In this document: positions 39,131 through 53,377 of the stretch, piece by piece
How positions within the stretch are numbered: position 1 is the first letter of the stretch
Layout: each line of letters begins with the position of its first letter
From: Octopus bimaculoides
Lineage: Eukaryota
Length of the DNA stretch: 64,000 nt
Direction of reading: 5' to 3'
Assembly (NCBI RefSeq): GCF_001194135.2
Contig: NC_068985.1
Location: 9,558,678-9,622,677, forward strand
Notes under the pieces: model-generated
Told to the model about the DNA's origin: nothing
The model's input: only the letters and a program-made list of their open reading frames with translations
The model's database searches: none
Program-made: the position numbers and the translations under genes

Positions 39131-41022
39131 AAACAAGTAAAAGAGTAAAAATATGTATAAATACAAAGTCTCAGAAAGACACTTTACTGTTTCTCTATCC
39201 AAATATACTAGAGTCTAAAGGATGAATTCTTGCAGACAGTTCCAAAAAATTTTCTTATTAGTTGGTAGATGGAAATTCCTCAATAGAATATTAATTCTAA
39301 CATAACTGGCCATACTTTGAAAGATTGTCCCCTGTGTCAAAAACAATAATGCATTCATAAACAAGAACCACTCCCTCCCCCCTACTCACATGATATTTGT
39401 TCTTTCTTTTTGTTTTTTGTTTTTTAGCACAAGATACAGAAGAGATGAAAACAATGGATTTTTCTGATGTATTTAAGATGTTTTTCATAATTTTAACAGC
39501 AGCCAATCAAATCTTATGTTTAATTTTATGTGTCTTGACTATACATGTACTGATGAGTAAAGAGTGCATATTACTGTACTGATTATGAAATCATGATTTA
39601 CTGTTAAGTCTTTTTAGGAGGCTCGCTTCAAGAATTGCATTCCCTTGCATTTGGTAAAAATGTGTTTATTATGATAGTCTGACTTTTAGAGTCCCTCTTA
39701 GCATGAGGCATTTATGTATAGTAATGCCCTTAATATAAACAAATCTATAGACATATATTAGTTGTCTTGTATAGGACTGTTTACTGTTGAGAAATATCTA
39801 CACACTGTCGGCCTAGTTCTTATTGTAGACCAAACAGAAAATGTATAAAAGCTGGAAATCTGGAAAAGATTACACAGAATAATACAAGTGAATGTTAGAG
39901 ATGAAAACAATCAAAATACAATGGCAGTTTTGTTCAGTGAACAGAAAGGCTTCAGAAGGGACTGGAAGACCAGGATCTAATAATACAGATCCAAATTTAT
40001 TTATAGAAGCATAATAAACAATAAACTTTTTAAAAGGATATAAGACTTAAACAACAACAACAACAATAAAAATATGTTGATGGCTGCGGGCATGGAAGTA
40101 GAGTCAAATGATCCAAAAGTAACCAGGGTTTCGAATTCTAGCCGAATGTAGAGCACTCTTGGCAAGTGACTTTTACAAATAAGACTTTAAATAAATATGG
40201 AGAAAATCAGAACTTCAGATAAAAGACAGGAAAGACACATAGAAAAGGAATCATATAAATTTATCACAGTCACAGATTACTTTTAATAAAATAGCTTTTG
40301 TTCATAGAATGAGAAATGTGTGCTGAGGTGGAGATCAATTTTAAAAGTCCATTTTAGCATGACTATTTTGATAGCTTTCCAAAGTTGCCAATCCAGATGA
40401 TTTGGTTATTTTTCTTTCACTGAGGTCATCCAAATACTGTGAGGTAGATTTCAAGGATGAGAAAAGATGATTAAAAAAAAATCACTATTGGTTGCAAGCT
40501 TCTTGCTACTACAGTATCTGTAATCTCACAGAAGCGGCAACGCCAGATATGTTATGGCTGTCTTTTGGGACAGCACCATCCACTTTGTTCTCCAACAGTT
40601 GTGGACTTTTTTTTTTAAATTTTAGCTTTTATTTTCTTAAGATTTATGTTCTGCCTTCTACAACTGCCACTACATAAACCTGACGATTGCATAACGCATG
40701 AAAGTACTAGTTTATTTCAATATTGTAAAATTGTAAAAATTGCAAATTATTAAGCATGAAAATCAGATTGAGTTGGGATTTCATTNNNNNNNNNNNNNNN
40801 NNNNNNNNNNNNNNNNNNNNNNNNNNNNNNNNNNNNNNNNNNNNNNNNNNNNNNNNNNNNNNNNNNNNNNNNNNNNNNNNNNNNNNNNNNNNNNNNNNNN
40901 NNNNNNNNNNNNNNNNNNNNNNNNNNNNNNNNNNNNNNNNNNNNNNNNNNNNNNNNNNNNNNNNNNNNNNNNNNNNNNNNNNNNNNNNNNNNNTTTGTTG
41001 TTTTTTTTTTGTGAATTCTCTC

Positions 41023-41058
<36 letters not shown>

Positions 41059-42252
41059 ATGGTTTCCATACAGTTTTTGTCAACCAAATTCATTCACAAG
41101 ACATTGTTTGACTCGGAAGAAGACACTTGCCCAAGGTGCCATGCAGTGGGACTGAACCTGAAACCACATGGCTGCTAAGCAAGCTTCTTAACCACAAAGC
41201 AATGCCCTTGCCTATAATCTTTCTTTTTTTTTCTCTCTCTCTATCTCTTATCTTGCAACTAATACTTTATCTTTGCCACTCTTAGCTTCTTCATTCCCCA
41301 CACAGAAAGAGATAATTAATATCCCGGGAATAAATAGATTCAGGGAAAATTTGATATGTTTTCTGTCAAGTGACAGATTTGTTCAAAATCTCAGCTCAAA
41401 CTGGAAATGAAATGTAAATACAATGGACTGACTATTACATACATCTCAACTAAATGAAATCAGAAATCTTAATATATTTTATACGACTTCAGATATCTCC
41501 TGTGAGTGAAAATATTCCTTAAAATAAAACTCAAATTAATAGGACTGCTATCTGAATATAAAGTCACATGGGCTTTTGGAAAAGCCTACATAATGTGTGT
41601 GTGTGTCTATATATGTGTATATATATATATATATATATCTCTGTATGTGTGTGTGTATGGATATATATGTGTACATACATATATACACACACACATACAT
41701 ACACTCACATATATGTCCAACTGATGCTGTCATCATTTAATGGATGTTTGTTGATGATGATGATGCCTATTGCACGGTAACTTGTGTAGGATGAGCTCTG
41801 TTGGTTTGATATTTTTCCTTGCCACTAACTACTAAAACGAAATAAAAACGAAAACACAATTAATTAAAACTGAGACAATTAGAGTTCAGGTAATAATAAT
41901 CACAGCAGTTGAAGTATTAACAACTGAACTTGTGAACAACGTGGTCAATTGTGTAGCAGCTTAACCTAATAGCCATCAGTCTTATTTTCAAGTGATACGT
42001 CTGTTCTTCACTTAATAGAGTTAACCATTTCAAGTAGAGAGAGATCAGCCTATCTTAAACATATTTGAACTGTCACATATGACAGGTTTATAGACACCTG
42101 AAAGCCAGTTCAAATGATCACTTATATAGAAGAATCTCAAGCAGTTTTGGTCGTTTCAGCTTGTGTCATTGAAGACAAGATTAATAACGAAAGATGAAAG
42201 ACTACAAAGGCAGTGAAGTAGACACCATTAATGGATACTACAAGCAGACACA

Positions 42253-42328
42253 TAAACTTGAAGAGAAAGAAAAAATATTTGATTGAATATTAAACTTGAA
42301 GAGAAAGAAAAAATATTTGATTGAATAT
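42253..42328. repeat. Perfect 38-bp tandem duplication
   Basis: taaacttgaagagaaagaaaaaatatttgattgaatat x2. Confidence 0.9.
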
Positions 42329-42964
42329 TTCTAGTTATGATTACAAAGACTAAATTAAAACTAACCTTATTCTTTATGCAACAGTCATTAGTCTCCCTGT
42401 TATTGGAGCTTAGTTGTTTACTCAACAATGTAATGACAACAATATTGAAAATGAGATTCGACATACATGTTATGAAAATATATTCCAAGGACCTTTTAGA
42501 TAGCTTTCTAAAAGTAAAAGGCAGTTTCTGTTATCAACGTGACCTAATTAGTACTGGAAGTGACTTCAGTGAAAGTATAATAAACTAGACTAATAAAATA
42601 ATTCAAGAGGTTCAAGATGTTACTCCTGTTGGCAACAGAGGGCTTCTATCTGCACAAAAGGCAGAAACAAAGATCGTATGTGTGGTTAAGTGTCATGCTA
42701 CACAATGATGAAGCATAAACATAAAAATGAAAGAGAATTTTAATAGGCTGGAGAGAAATTTACTGAATATTGATCTGATGTGACTTTGTCAGCAAAGGAA
42801 GGGCTGAGAGCTGGGGACATTTTCAGTGCCTTTGATATCTATGGGAGGAAGAAAGGAAGTTGTCCCATGGCTGAAGAACTGAGCTAAATGCATACATGCA
42901 TACATCAACATAAACTGCTAAAGTCATGTAAGGGCCAAGAGGGGATTTTAAACTAGGTTTTAGA

Positions 42965-43127
42965 TTAACTCTTTAGCGTTCAGACTATTCTGTCAAAAGT
43001 AATGCTTATTTATTCATATTATTTTGAATTGATCATGGATTATCTTGTAGTATCAGGCTGATTTGAACATTAAAAACAGGTAGAATATTTGGGCCAGACA
43101 TGGCTGGTTTAAATGCTAAAGGGTTAA
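42965..43127 (+). mobile_element. piggyBac-like MITE family H
   Basis: TTAA-ctctttagcgttcaga...aatgctaaagggTTAA. Confidence 0.65.
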
Positions 43128-46100
43128 GTCAGACAACCTTTCACACAGTGTCCATTGACCAACTTCACTTACAAAGCTTTAGCTGACCCAAGGCTGGATA
43201 ACACTTGCTAGAAGTAATATACGGTGGGATTAAACCTAAAACCACATAGTCACAAAGCAAATTCAACCATGTTTGAACCCAAATATATGATCCATTGGAT
43301 ATGCAACGATGATTAACTTGGATGAAAGGAGGATGTGCAGGTGAACCATGAATGTAGGTGAGCATTAAAGGCATTATGTAATGTATACTAATGACACAGC
43401 TACATTTGCATGGACATGTGGCATTCACAAATGACATCTGATCATTAAGAAGTATGTCATATACTGACAAACCAATACATCAATGGTAGAGGAATTACAA
43501 TGGACGCATGGAAAGAAATCAGTCAAATCTGGTTTTATTTTTTAACTGGTTTAAGCCATTGAACTTTAGCAATGACATCAATTCTTGAAAGGCAAATATC
43601 ATTGGCCTCTGGAAGAATGAAAAGTTAATTTAGAAGTTGACCAGATTTTTAATTTAAAGCATTAAGCAATATTACCAACCACCATAATGCATTTTTGTTT
43701 TACCACTGCTCTACCAATTCTGTCATCCACCATTTTATGTGGAAACCTCACAAACGTTATGACATAGGAACAGGACTAGAAGTGATATATCAAATTGCAG
43801 ACCTATCCAACTCAACATGAGAGAACAGGTATCAAGCTTTTAGCGTTCAAATTATCCTGTCAAATGCAATGTTTGTTTTTTTGTTCACATTGCCTATCTG
43901 CAATTATAGAGGTTTAGAGGAATGAACAGAATTTGTCGAGAATATAGAGGAACATCTTAGTCTCCAGTGACATGCCATTACTAATGCAAACCGTAACAAC
44001 CAACGAGGGAAGGTCGAGGTAATTGTTCAAGCAAATCACTCTCAAAACACAACCTATTGTTTTAGAAAAAGAAAGGATACATTGAATAATGGGGTGCAAG
44101 GTAAACTATTTCCTGTAAAGTGAAGAAAACAAATAAGGCAGGATGGCCAAAGCTTGAAAGTCTTTCATTATATATCTGCTCCATCAGGTTTAAACAACAA
44201 CAACAACAGCAACAACAACATTACTGAATTGAGAAGCAAGCGAACACCATGTAAACAACTACTACTGCTGCTGCTGCTACTTTACACTGCAGCAAAATCC
44301 TAAAGCCCTTTTCCAAATCAATGATTAAACTTTTAAGTCACCAGCTGTATCATCAACGCAATCATTATCATTTCATGTAACACCTATGATCCAATGATGA
44401 CAGAAGATAACAGCAGCCACTACTACTACTATCACTACCACCACAACCACCAAATCAATTGTTGCCTCACAGCTGTTGCCGTGGTAACCCAACTTGTTTA
44501 TCTGTATTTAATGAACTGACTCTCAAATGTCAGTTGATACACCCACAGCCACATTAAAGAACAAAAACTGCTAAACATACAATACACACACACACACACA
44601 CACACACAGCACACCTGTTAAATAGATACGATGGGAGAATGGGGGAGTGTCACACCTGTCATTAATAATTGATGGCTTGTCTGTCATTGTAACAGGAATT
44701 CAAAACAGAAAATGTAACTTAAATAGATCCTCAGCCCCAGGGAACTTTTAAGGACTGATATTGACATTTCACACACACACACACACACACACATACATGA
44801 GTGTAACACACATACACACATATGGTGAGGGTTGGGTGGGGGGGATTTGATTGCATGGCATGAAGCAGATGAGAAAGAAATCTTCCACTGAACAGGATGG
44901 CAGTTTGTCGTTAGGTAACATTCCCCCAATGATCTGATGGAAGTATGACTGACTGCTGAGGTGAATTAGAAACAGTGTAGAATAAAGCAGTCTCTCAAGA
45001 GAAGAAGGTAAATAAAACATTCTTTTGAGACTAAACAACATCAATGAGATGTAAAAAAGAAGCTGAGGAAGTAGTCTCTACAGGGTCACTAGATCTGCTA
45101 GAAATAGCAGCTAAATCTCCCTCAACAGCAGCAGTCTATAAGATCTACTCAAAGTACAACCCATCAGTACTTGTAGCTATGTAAGCTTTAGAGTACAAGG
45201 TGGTAGTTCTTTCACACCTGTATACATCCTCTTGATGACTGATATGAAGACTTAGACATTCAAAAGAAGATTTATCATCTCTTAATACATGGAATTAATT
45301 ACTGGAAAGTGTAACTAGAACCATTTAAACACAGAATATAAGCTTTCGAAGACCAAGTTCACGCGGCACCTCTTGCTATGCTGACCTGGTTAAGAATCTT
45401 GCTTTGGCAAGTGTCCTCCAGCCTCAGGTCAAGCAATATATATAATGTTTTTTTTTTTCTTATTTAATCATCTTCATCATCATCATTTAACGTCTGCTTT
45501 CCATGCTAGCATGGGTTGGATGATTTGACTGGGGACTGGTGAACCAGATGGCTACACCAGGCTCCAATCTGATCTGGCAGAGTTTCTACAGCTGGATGCC
45601 CTTCCTAACGCCAACCACTCCCAGAGTATAGTGGGTGCTTTTTACGTGCCACAGGCATGAGGACCAGTTCAGGGGTACTGGCAACAGCCACGCTCAAATG
45701 GTGTTTTTTTACATGCCACCTGCACAGGAGTCAATCCAATGTTTTGTTGTTTATATATAATGTTGTTTTCTTATGTTGCCGCTGTATGTCCAAAGAACCA
45801 GCCATATTTTGTTTCACATCTCTGAAACTTTAAATAATACCTACATCTGATTTCTTCATTCATTTATATATATGTTATACATATCATCATGTTGTATATA
45901 CAAATGTATATGTGTGTTTACATGTTTGTGTGGTGTCTGTCCCCTAACACCACTTGACAACTGGTGCTGGTTTTATTTATGTCCTTGTTTGACAAAAAAG
46001 TTTCAAAGAATAAAAGAACTAAACTTTAAAAAATAATAAATACCATTAAAATTTCTTTGACTAAACTCTCCAAGACAGTGCTTTAACATGGTCACAGTGC

Positions 46101-46430
46101 AATGACAGGGGCTATAAACCATATCAATTTACCCCTCCCTTAATATTGCTGGCCATTGTCCATGCTGGCATGGGTAGGACGGTTTGACCGGGGCTGGTAA
46201 GCTGGTAGGCTGCACCAGACTTCACTCTGATTTAGCATGGTTTTCTACGGCTGGATGCCCTTCCTAACACCAACCGCTCTGAGAGTGTGGTGCTTTCAAC
46301 GCAGCACTGGCATGGGTGCCATTTGAATGACACCAGCATCTGCCACAACTGCGATTTTGCTCAGCTTGATGGGTCTTCTTCTCAAGCACAACATAATGCC
46401 AAAGGCCTCAGTCATTGCCTTCAAGAGGAC

Positions 46431-46570
46431 CAACACTCGAAAGGAACTCAAGCACTTTGCCTCTGTGAGGCCCAACACTTGAAGGGAACCCAGGCACTTT
46501 GCCTCTGTGAGGCCCGATGCTCAAAAGGAACTCAGCCACTTTGCTTCTGTGAGGTCTGATGCTCAAAAGA
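46431..46570. repeat. 42-bp tandem repeat x3.3
   Basis: caacactcgaaaggaactcaagcactttgcctctgtgaggcc and diverged copies. Confidence 0.85.
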
Positions 46571-47289
46571 ACTGTATATGTGTGTGTGTGTCTGTGTTTG
46601 TTCCTCCAACATCGCTTGACAACTGATGCTGGTGTGTTTACATCCCCGTAACTAAGCAGTTCGGCAAAAAGAGACCGATAGTATAAGTACTACGCTTACA
46701 AAGAATAAGTCCTGGGGTCGATTTGTTCGACTAAAGGCGATGCTCCAGTATGGCCGCAGTCCAGCGACTGAAACAAGTAAAAGAATAAAGGAACAAAAGA
46801 ATGATTAATAAACCACAACGACTAAACATCAATTCTTCCGACTCGACTTCCTACTTGAAATCCTGTCAAGGTTGACTTAGCCTTTCATTCCGATGGGGGT
46901 CAATGAAGGCAAAGTACCAGTCAAGTACTGGGGGTCAATGGCATAAACTAACCTTAAACTGCTGACCTTTTTTGCCTGTATTAGAAACAATTGTTGTATC
47001 AGGATTCAGCTGATATTACAAAAAAATCATTACCTTAACAATATGTTTAAAGACACCTAACGGAGGCACTTTTATTGTTTAAATTATCATATATTCGAAT
47101 TAATTTGCTTAAATTCTTCAATTACCATTGTTGTGTCGTGGCCCAGTTGCATGTTCATGTAACATTAATCAATACAGCAAGGAAGTCTGATCAATAAAAT
47201 GTAAAATATATGTTAAACTATCAACTTGTCATTTTATTTATTTTTAACATTATTGTGGCGGGGAAGGAAGCGGCAAGTTGTTTATTTCT

Positions 47290-47750
47290 TATCGTATTTT
47301 TCTCTCTCCCTCTCTCTCTCTTTCTCAAGCTGTCTATTGCTGTCTCATTCTTTCTCGCTCCTTATCAATCTCTAACAAGCTCTCTCTCTCTCTCTCTCTC
47401 TGCAACTCACACATTTTCTCCTTCACTACTTCTCACCTTTGATTCCGCCCCCCCCCCACACACTTTCTCTCTCTCTCAGTCTATCTACCTAGCTTTCTAA
47501 CTGTCTATTTCTTTCAATCGCTCCCATTCTTTCTCTCTCCCTATCAATTTCTAACAAGCTCTTTTATTATCTCCCTATTTCTTCTCCTTCATTTTCCCCC
47601 ATGCTCTCTCTCTCTCCAGCTTCTTCTCCCACTGACTCACGCATTTTCTCCTTCACTTCTCTCTCTCTCTCTCCACGTACACACACATCCTTTCATTTCT
47701 CTCATTCTGTTTCTTGCCTTCTCATCAATTTTCTTCCTCTTCCATTCTCT
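47290..47750. repeat. CT-rich polypyrimidine low-complexity tract
   Basis: Multiple (CT)n runs. Confidence 0.8.
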
Positions 47751-47971
47751 CCGTGCAATATGTAAATAATTACACAAACCATAATTTACAAACCTTCTTA
47801 TCATTCCCCAAACTATTTCATACATTTTTGATCAGCAGACAGATATATCTTTGGTATTTATTTAGTAAGCTCTCGAGAATGAACAGTATAAAACTTACTA
47901 TAGCAGAGTTTGGAACTTAGAAACACAGGGTACCAAACTATAGGCCAAAATTACAGGTATATTCACAGTGC

Positions 47972-48544
47972 GGATCTTTTTTAAAACGGGGGCCACATTT
48001 TTCATTAACGAAACACTTTGAAACTTGGAACACTGGTAGAATGTGTCATATAAAACATCTTTTTCTCTTAGTCTTCTTAAAAAAAAAAAGAAATCCATAA
48101 ATTATTCCATGTTAAAGTTGTCGTATTTCTGTAATTTCAACCAATCACTGACGTCCATTCAGCCGATATACATTAAGCGCCGACTACATAAACAAACGAT
48201 TCTGAAACAATTAACCCTAACCCTAACCCTAACTCTAACCCTAGGGTTAGGGTTAGAGTTAGGGTTAGGGTTAAAGCAAATTTAAAATGAAAAAAGCAAA
48301 TAAAACGAAGAATCGTTTGTTTATGTAGTCGGCACTTAATGTATATCGGCTGAATGGACGTCAGTGATTGGTTGAAATTATCGAAATAAGACAATTTTTT
48401 ACATGAAATAAATTCGAATACAAAAATATTTTTCTGTTCTATAACACAAAATAGATAAGTATACGAAGTTTTAAAGTCTTTCGGTACCAAAAACACTACG
48501 TAAAACATTAATGAAAAATGTGGCCCCCGTTTTAAAAAAGATCC
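47972..48544 (-). mobile_element. Second, inverted copy of the telomeric-palindrome MITE
   Basis: Same TIRs; perfect 8-bp TSD cacagtgc at 47964-47971 and 48545-48552. Confidence 0.9.
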
Positions 48545-51077
48545 CACAGTGCCTTGTTTCAAAGCTATATCACAATGAAGAACATAATTTTAACGTCCAT
48601 TTTTCTATGCTAGCATGGCTCAGATGGAGTTTACTGAAGTGGGTTGTTTATAGCTGGATGCCCTTCCTGTCACCAATCCCCATTTGTTTCTAAGCAAGGT
48701 AATATTTCCCCAACGTCAGGCGTGTTTTTACAGAATATCAGAAATGAATCACATTCATTTACCATATTATGTGAAGTCAAGAGAAGACACAAACACACAC
48801 ACTAATACATACACACATACATATATACAAACATGTGTATATCTGTGTGTGCACACGCATATATATCCTTATATATATNNNNNNNNNNNNNNNNNNNNNN
48901 NNNNNNNNNNNNNNNNNNNNNNNNNNNNNNNNNNNNNNNNNNNNNNNNNNNNNNNNNNNNNNNNNNNNNNNNNNNNNNNNNNNNNNNNNNNNNNNNNNNN
49001 NNNNNNNNNNNNNNNNNNNNNNNNNNNNNNNNNNNNNNNNNNNNNNNNNNNNNNNNNNNNNNNNNNNNNNNNNNNNNNNNNNNNNNNNNNNNNNNNNNNN
49101 NNNNNNNNNNNNNNNNNNNNNNNNNNNNNNNNNNNNNNNNNNNNNNNNNNNNNNNNNNNNNNNNNNNNNNNNNNNNNNNNNNNNNNNNNNNNNNNNNNNN
49201 NNNNNNNNNNNNNNNNNNNNNNNNNNNNNNNNNNNNNNNNNNNNNNNNNNNNNNNNNNNNNNNNNNNNNNNNNNNNNNNNNNNNNNNNNNNNNNNNNNNN
49301 NNNNNNNNNNNNNNNNNNNNNNNNNNNNNNNNNNNNNNNNNNNNNNNNNNNNNNNNNNNNNNNNNNNNNNNNNNNNNNNNNNNNNNNNNNNNNNNNNNNN
49401 NNNNNNNNNNNNATAGCAATTACACTGCTGAATGTAATAACTAGGTGAGGGTAATAAGTGATTTTACCCTTAATTTATATGGCAAGAAGAAAATGGAGGG
49501 AATCCAGAGGTCATATTCATCAGCTGTTAGACATTATATTATGTCTATTTATTTATTTTAAACAGTTCAGATAATATATAAATACATGTGTAAAGTATTA
49601 GTAATTTCTTAACTCTGGATTCCCTACTTTTCCTTCTTGCCATATATATATATATTTGACCTCTCCTGTGCAAGGTCAAAACCATGCCAAAACTGACCTC
49701 ACCTGTGCAGGTGCCACTTAAAAAGCACTCAGCCCACTCTGCAGGGTAGTTGGTGTTAGGAATGGCATCCGAACGTAAAGACCCTGCCAAAACAGACACA
49801 GAAGTATGGTGCAGTCTTCTGCCTGACCAACTCTTGTGAAACCGTTCAACCCATGCCAGCATGGGAGGGGGACGTTAAACAATGATGATGATGATGATAT
49901 ATATATATATAACAAGCTTCTTTTGGTTTCCATCAACTCAATCCACTCACAAGGCTTTGGTCAGCTGGGGCTATAATAAAAGACACTTACCCAAGGTACC
50001 ATGAAGTGGAACTGAACCTGAAACTAAACGGTTAGGTGACAAACTTCTGAACCACTCATCCATGCTTGCATATCTATAGATTTTAACCAACACTGTGTAT
50101 GGGGAGAATTCACACAAAAAACATAAGACGAAGATGAGTGTGTAGACAACAACAAACAGATGTATTAGTTTAACGCTCCGGGAAGTGAAAATGTCTTTAA
50201 TGTTTGGAGCCTCTCTAACACCTGTTTATTTACAGACAATTTTGGCTAAAATCTGTTGGAAAGTTCTGTTTGTACAGTATAACATGATATTCCACAGTCA
50301 TAAATTATCAGTAAGACAACTTTAAAATGCACACTTGTAACCAGTTACACAGTATAATTTGATAAAGGAAAAATTAAGCCACGACACAACACTACCTTCT
50401 TTCATTCTGTTACAATTCAAGATGGTGGCAATAAAATTAGTGTTAATGCTTTTAATTATCTATTTCAAATATAATTATATTGGATTACTAAAATCAGAAG
50501 CTTTATAACATATTAGACACAGAGAAGCAGGTAAGCTGTCTTAATGCTCTTAATCTAATGGATTAAACTAATATATAATTTAAATGTACATACAAAACAA
50601 AACAGAAAAAGTCATGACAGTCTGAAACAAAATGTCTCCTAGCGCACTAATAAAATTAAATAAAACACGAAACAAAAAGTTTAAAAAATAAAAGAAAAGA
50701 GGAGACATTTAAATGTTTTTGCTGTTAAATCTTTCAATTGATTTCTGTGAATTGAAAGATCTTATCAATAGCTGGGCAATCCTGGAAAATTTTATTGTGT
50801 CTTTCAAATTGGTAATCTTTTGAAAACTGTCAGGTTTTATCTCTCACAAACAGATAATTTTTACATTGAAAATATATAAAGCCACAATGTTTATAAAGAA
50901 TTTCTACAAAAACATAAAGGTGATCCCATACAACCTGTTCATGACAGCATGTAATTTAGAAGAATATGACCCACACAAAGCCAACAAAATATTTATTTAT
51001 TTTTATTGTTCGGTAACAGATGAATTTTTATAAGGTGATAAACCTCATCGAGATAATGGAAGATAGTTTATCTAAGC

Positions 51078-51480
51078 ATAGGCGTGGCTGTGTGGTTAGA
51101 AGTTTACTTCGCAACCACATGGTTCTAGGTTCAGTCCCACTGCGTGGCATCTGGGGCAGGAGTTTTCTACTATAGCCACGGGCTAACCAAAGCTTTTGGT
51201 AGACAAAAACTGAAAGAAGCCCGTCTCGGGTGTACATGTGTATGCGTCTTAGCGTCTACGTTTGTCCCCCAACACTGCCCAACAACCGGTGTTGGTTTGT
51301 TTACATCCCTGTAACTTAGCAGTCTGGCAAAAGAGAACGACAGAATAAATATCAGTCTTAAAAGATTAAAACAAAAAAAAAAAAAGAAAGTAATAGTGGT
51401 GCTGATTCACTCAAGTAAAATTCTTCACGGCAACGCCCCAGCTTGGCCACAGTCTAATGACTGAAACAGGACAAAATAAA
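51078..51480 (+). mobile_element. SINE family A, diverged
   Basis: Head, body and tail are recognisable. Confidence 0.75.
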
Positions 51481-52037
51481 AAAAAAATTTTTTTAAATTT
51501 TATCAGGTGTTAAACTTGATTTAGATAATAGATGATTAAAGTGTGATGGTTTATCTATTGATAGTTTCCAATAATTTTACCATCAATNNNNNNNNNNNNN
51601 NNNNNNNNNNNNNNNNNNNNNNNNNNNNNNNNNNNNNNNNNNNNNNNNNNNNNNNNNNNNNATCTCTTTTTGTGCTTTGCTCTTTTACTAATTCATCTTT
51701 CATGTTTCCCATAATAACCACACGAACTGACATCAAAAGCATTGTAATCTATCTATTATTTTTAAATATAAAGTCTATTTTTAACAGGATACTTTCAACT
51801 TGTTTCATTTTAAATGTTTTTCTCTTTTTTTTTTAACACAGCCATTTTTTTTTTTTTCTGATTGAAATAATTCTGAATCAGATAAAATATCAGTAAAAGA
51901 TCTTCTCCTCCTCACCCCCATCTCCACCCCACCCCCCAATTGTTATTCTTGCATCGGAATCTGAAGACGGTATTTATTCTCCGCCATTCGGTGTTGCAAA
52001 ATCATGATGTAATTTCAAGCAGATATTTTTAATGCAT

Positions 52038-52073
<36 letters not shown>

Positions 52074-52789
52074 ATCATCATCGTTGTCGTTTAACATCTG
52101 CTTTCCATGCTGGCATTGGTTGGACAGTTTGACCGAGGACTAGCAAGCCAGAAGACTGTACTAGGCTCCAATCTGATATGTTTGTGTGTGTCTATATATG
52201 CCATATTAGATCGGTACTGTCTTGTGACTTCAAGATTTTGTTGATGCAATTATTCAGTAACATTGTATGGTAGGTGTGAGGGGCTTGATCCTGCCAATTT
52301 GAACATAAAATTGGCAAAATATTTTGGCTAAATAGGACCAGTTTAAATGCTAAAGGGTTAACTGAACAAATTAGTATTACATAAAATTAAAATTTTGAGT
52401 CTGAACCAGCAGAGACCTTCCCTGAATAAAATACCACACCTAAAATGTGTTTAACAACAGACATACATTAAATATGTGACATTGATAATGTCTGCATTAT
52501 TGAGCTGCTCTGAACTCAAAATTTGAATTTTGCTTTACTTGTATAAGACTGTTACATATCAGTAGATAGATTTTATCTTATCTGTATATACTTCAGGCAA
52601 GCGATTTGAATTTGTTTGAAGAGTGACTTAAATAGACATCACTCGTGAGCTGGAATAACTGCAAAATATCGATATTTTTCATTCTCATTCACCTCCTGGG
52701 CAATTCATTTCACCTTGCTTTGAAGTATACTGCATTTTTTTTTAATGGTCTATGTCTTTAAAAGAGATTTTCCCAAGATGAAATATTCT

Positions 52790-53000
52790 TTTCTACTCAA
52801 GGCACAAGGTCTGAAATTCCTGAAGAGGGAGCCAGTCGATTAGATCGACCCCAGTACACAACTGGTACTTAATTTATCGACCCCGAAAGGATAAAAGGCA
52901 AAGTTGACATCGGCAGAATTTGAACTCAGAACATAAAGACAGACGAAATGCCACTAAGCATTTCGCCCGACGTGCTAACGTTTCTGCCAGCTCGCTGCCT
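52790..53000 (-). mobile_element. SINE family B
   Basis: Reverse-complement copy. Confidence 0.75.
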
Positions 53001-53169
53001 TTGATATTATAAAGTCAAGAAGGAAGGCAAAAAGATGGATACAACCCTCTTGAGTGAAACAGTAATAAAGGCTGTGCCAAACAAAATGCTGAGTAGCATC
53101 TTTCTTTCTTTTCTTTTTTTTTTTTTTTTTTTTTTNNNNNNNNNNTTCTTTTTTTTTTTTTTTCTTTGT

Positions 53170-53339
53170 TTTACTCAAGAGGGTTGTATCTATCTATCTA
53201 TCTTTTTGCCTTCTTTCTTGACTATTCGTGCGTCAAAGGGGCACGCAACATCAACTATATAGCATATGTGGTGCACCTTGTCCACCACTACTAGGTCCGG
53301 TATGTTATGCTCTAGCACCTGATCTGTTTGGATTGGGAA

Positions 53340-53340
<1 letters not shown>
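53170..53340 (-). mobile_element. RLE endonuclease-domain fragment of an R4/Dong-like LINE
   Basis: FPIQTDQVLEHNIPDLVVVDKVHHICYIVDVACPFDARIVKKEGKKIDR contains the PD..D RLE motif and abuts an (AAT)n tract. Confidence 0.75.

Positions 53341-53377
<37 letters not shown>

Noticed and set aside
42100-42650. Possible decayed transposase or RT region
   Set aside because: Many stops and no nameable motif; only the 38-bp duplication is supportable.
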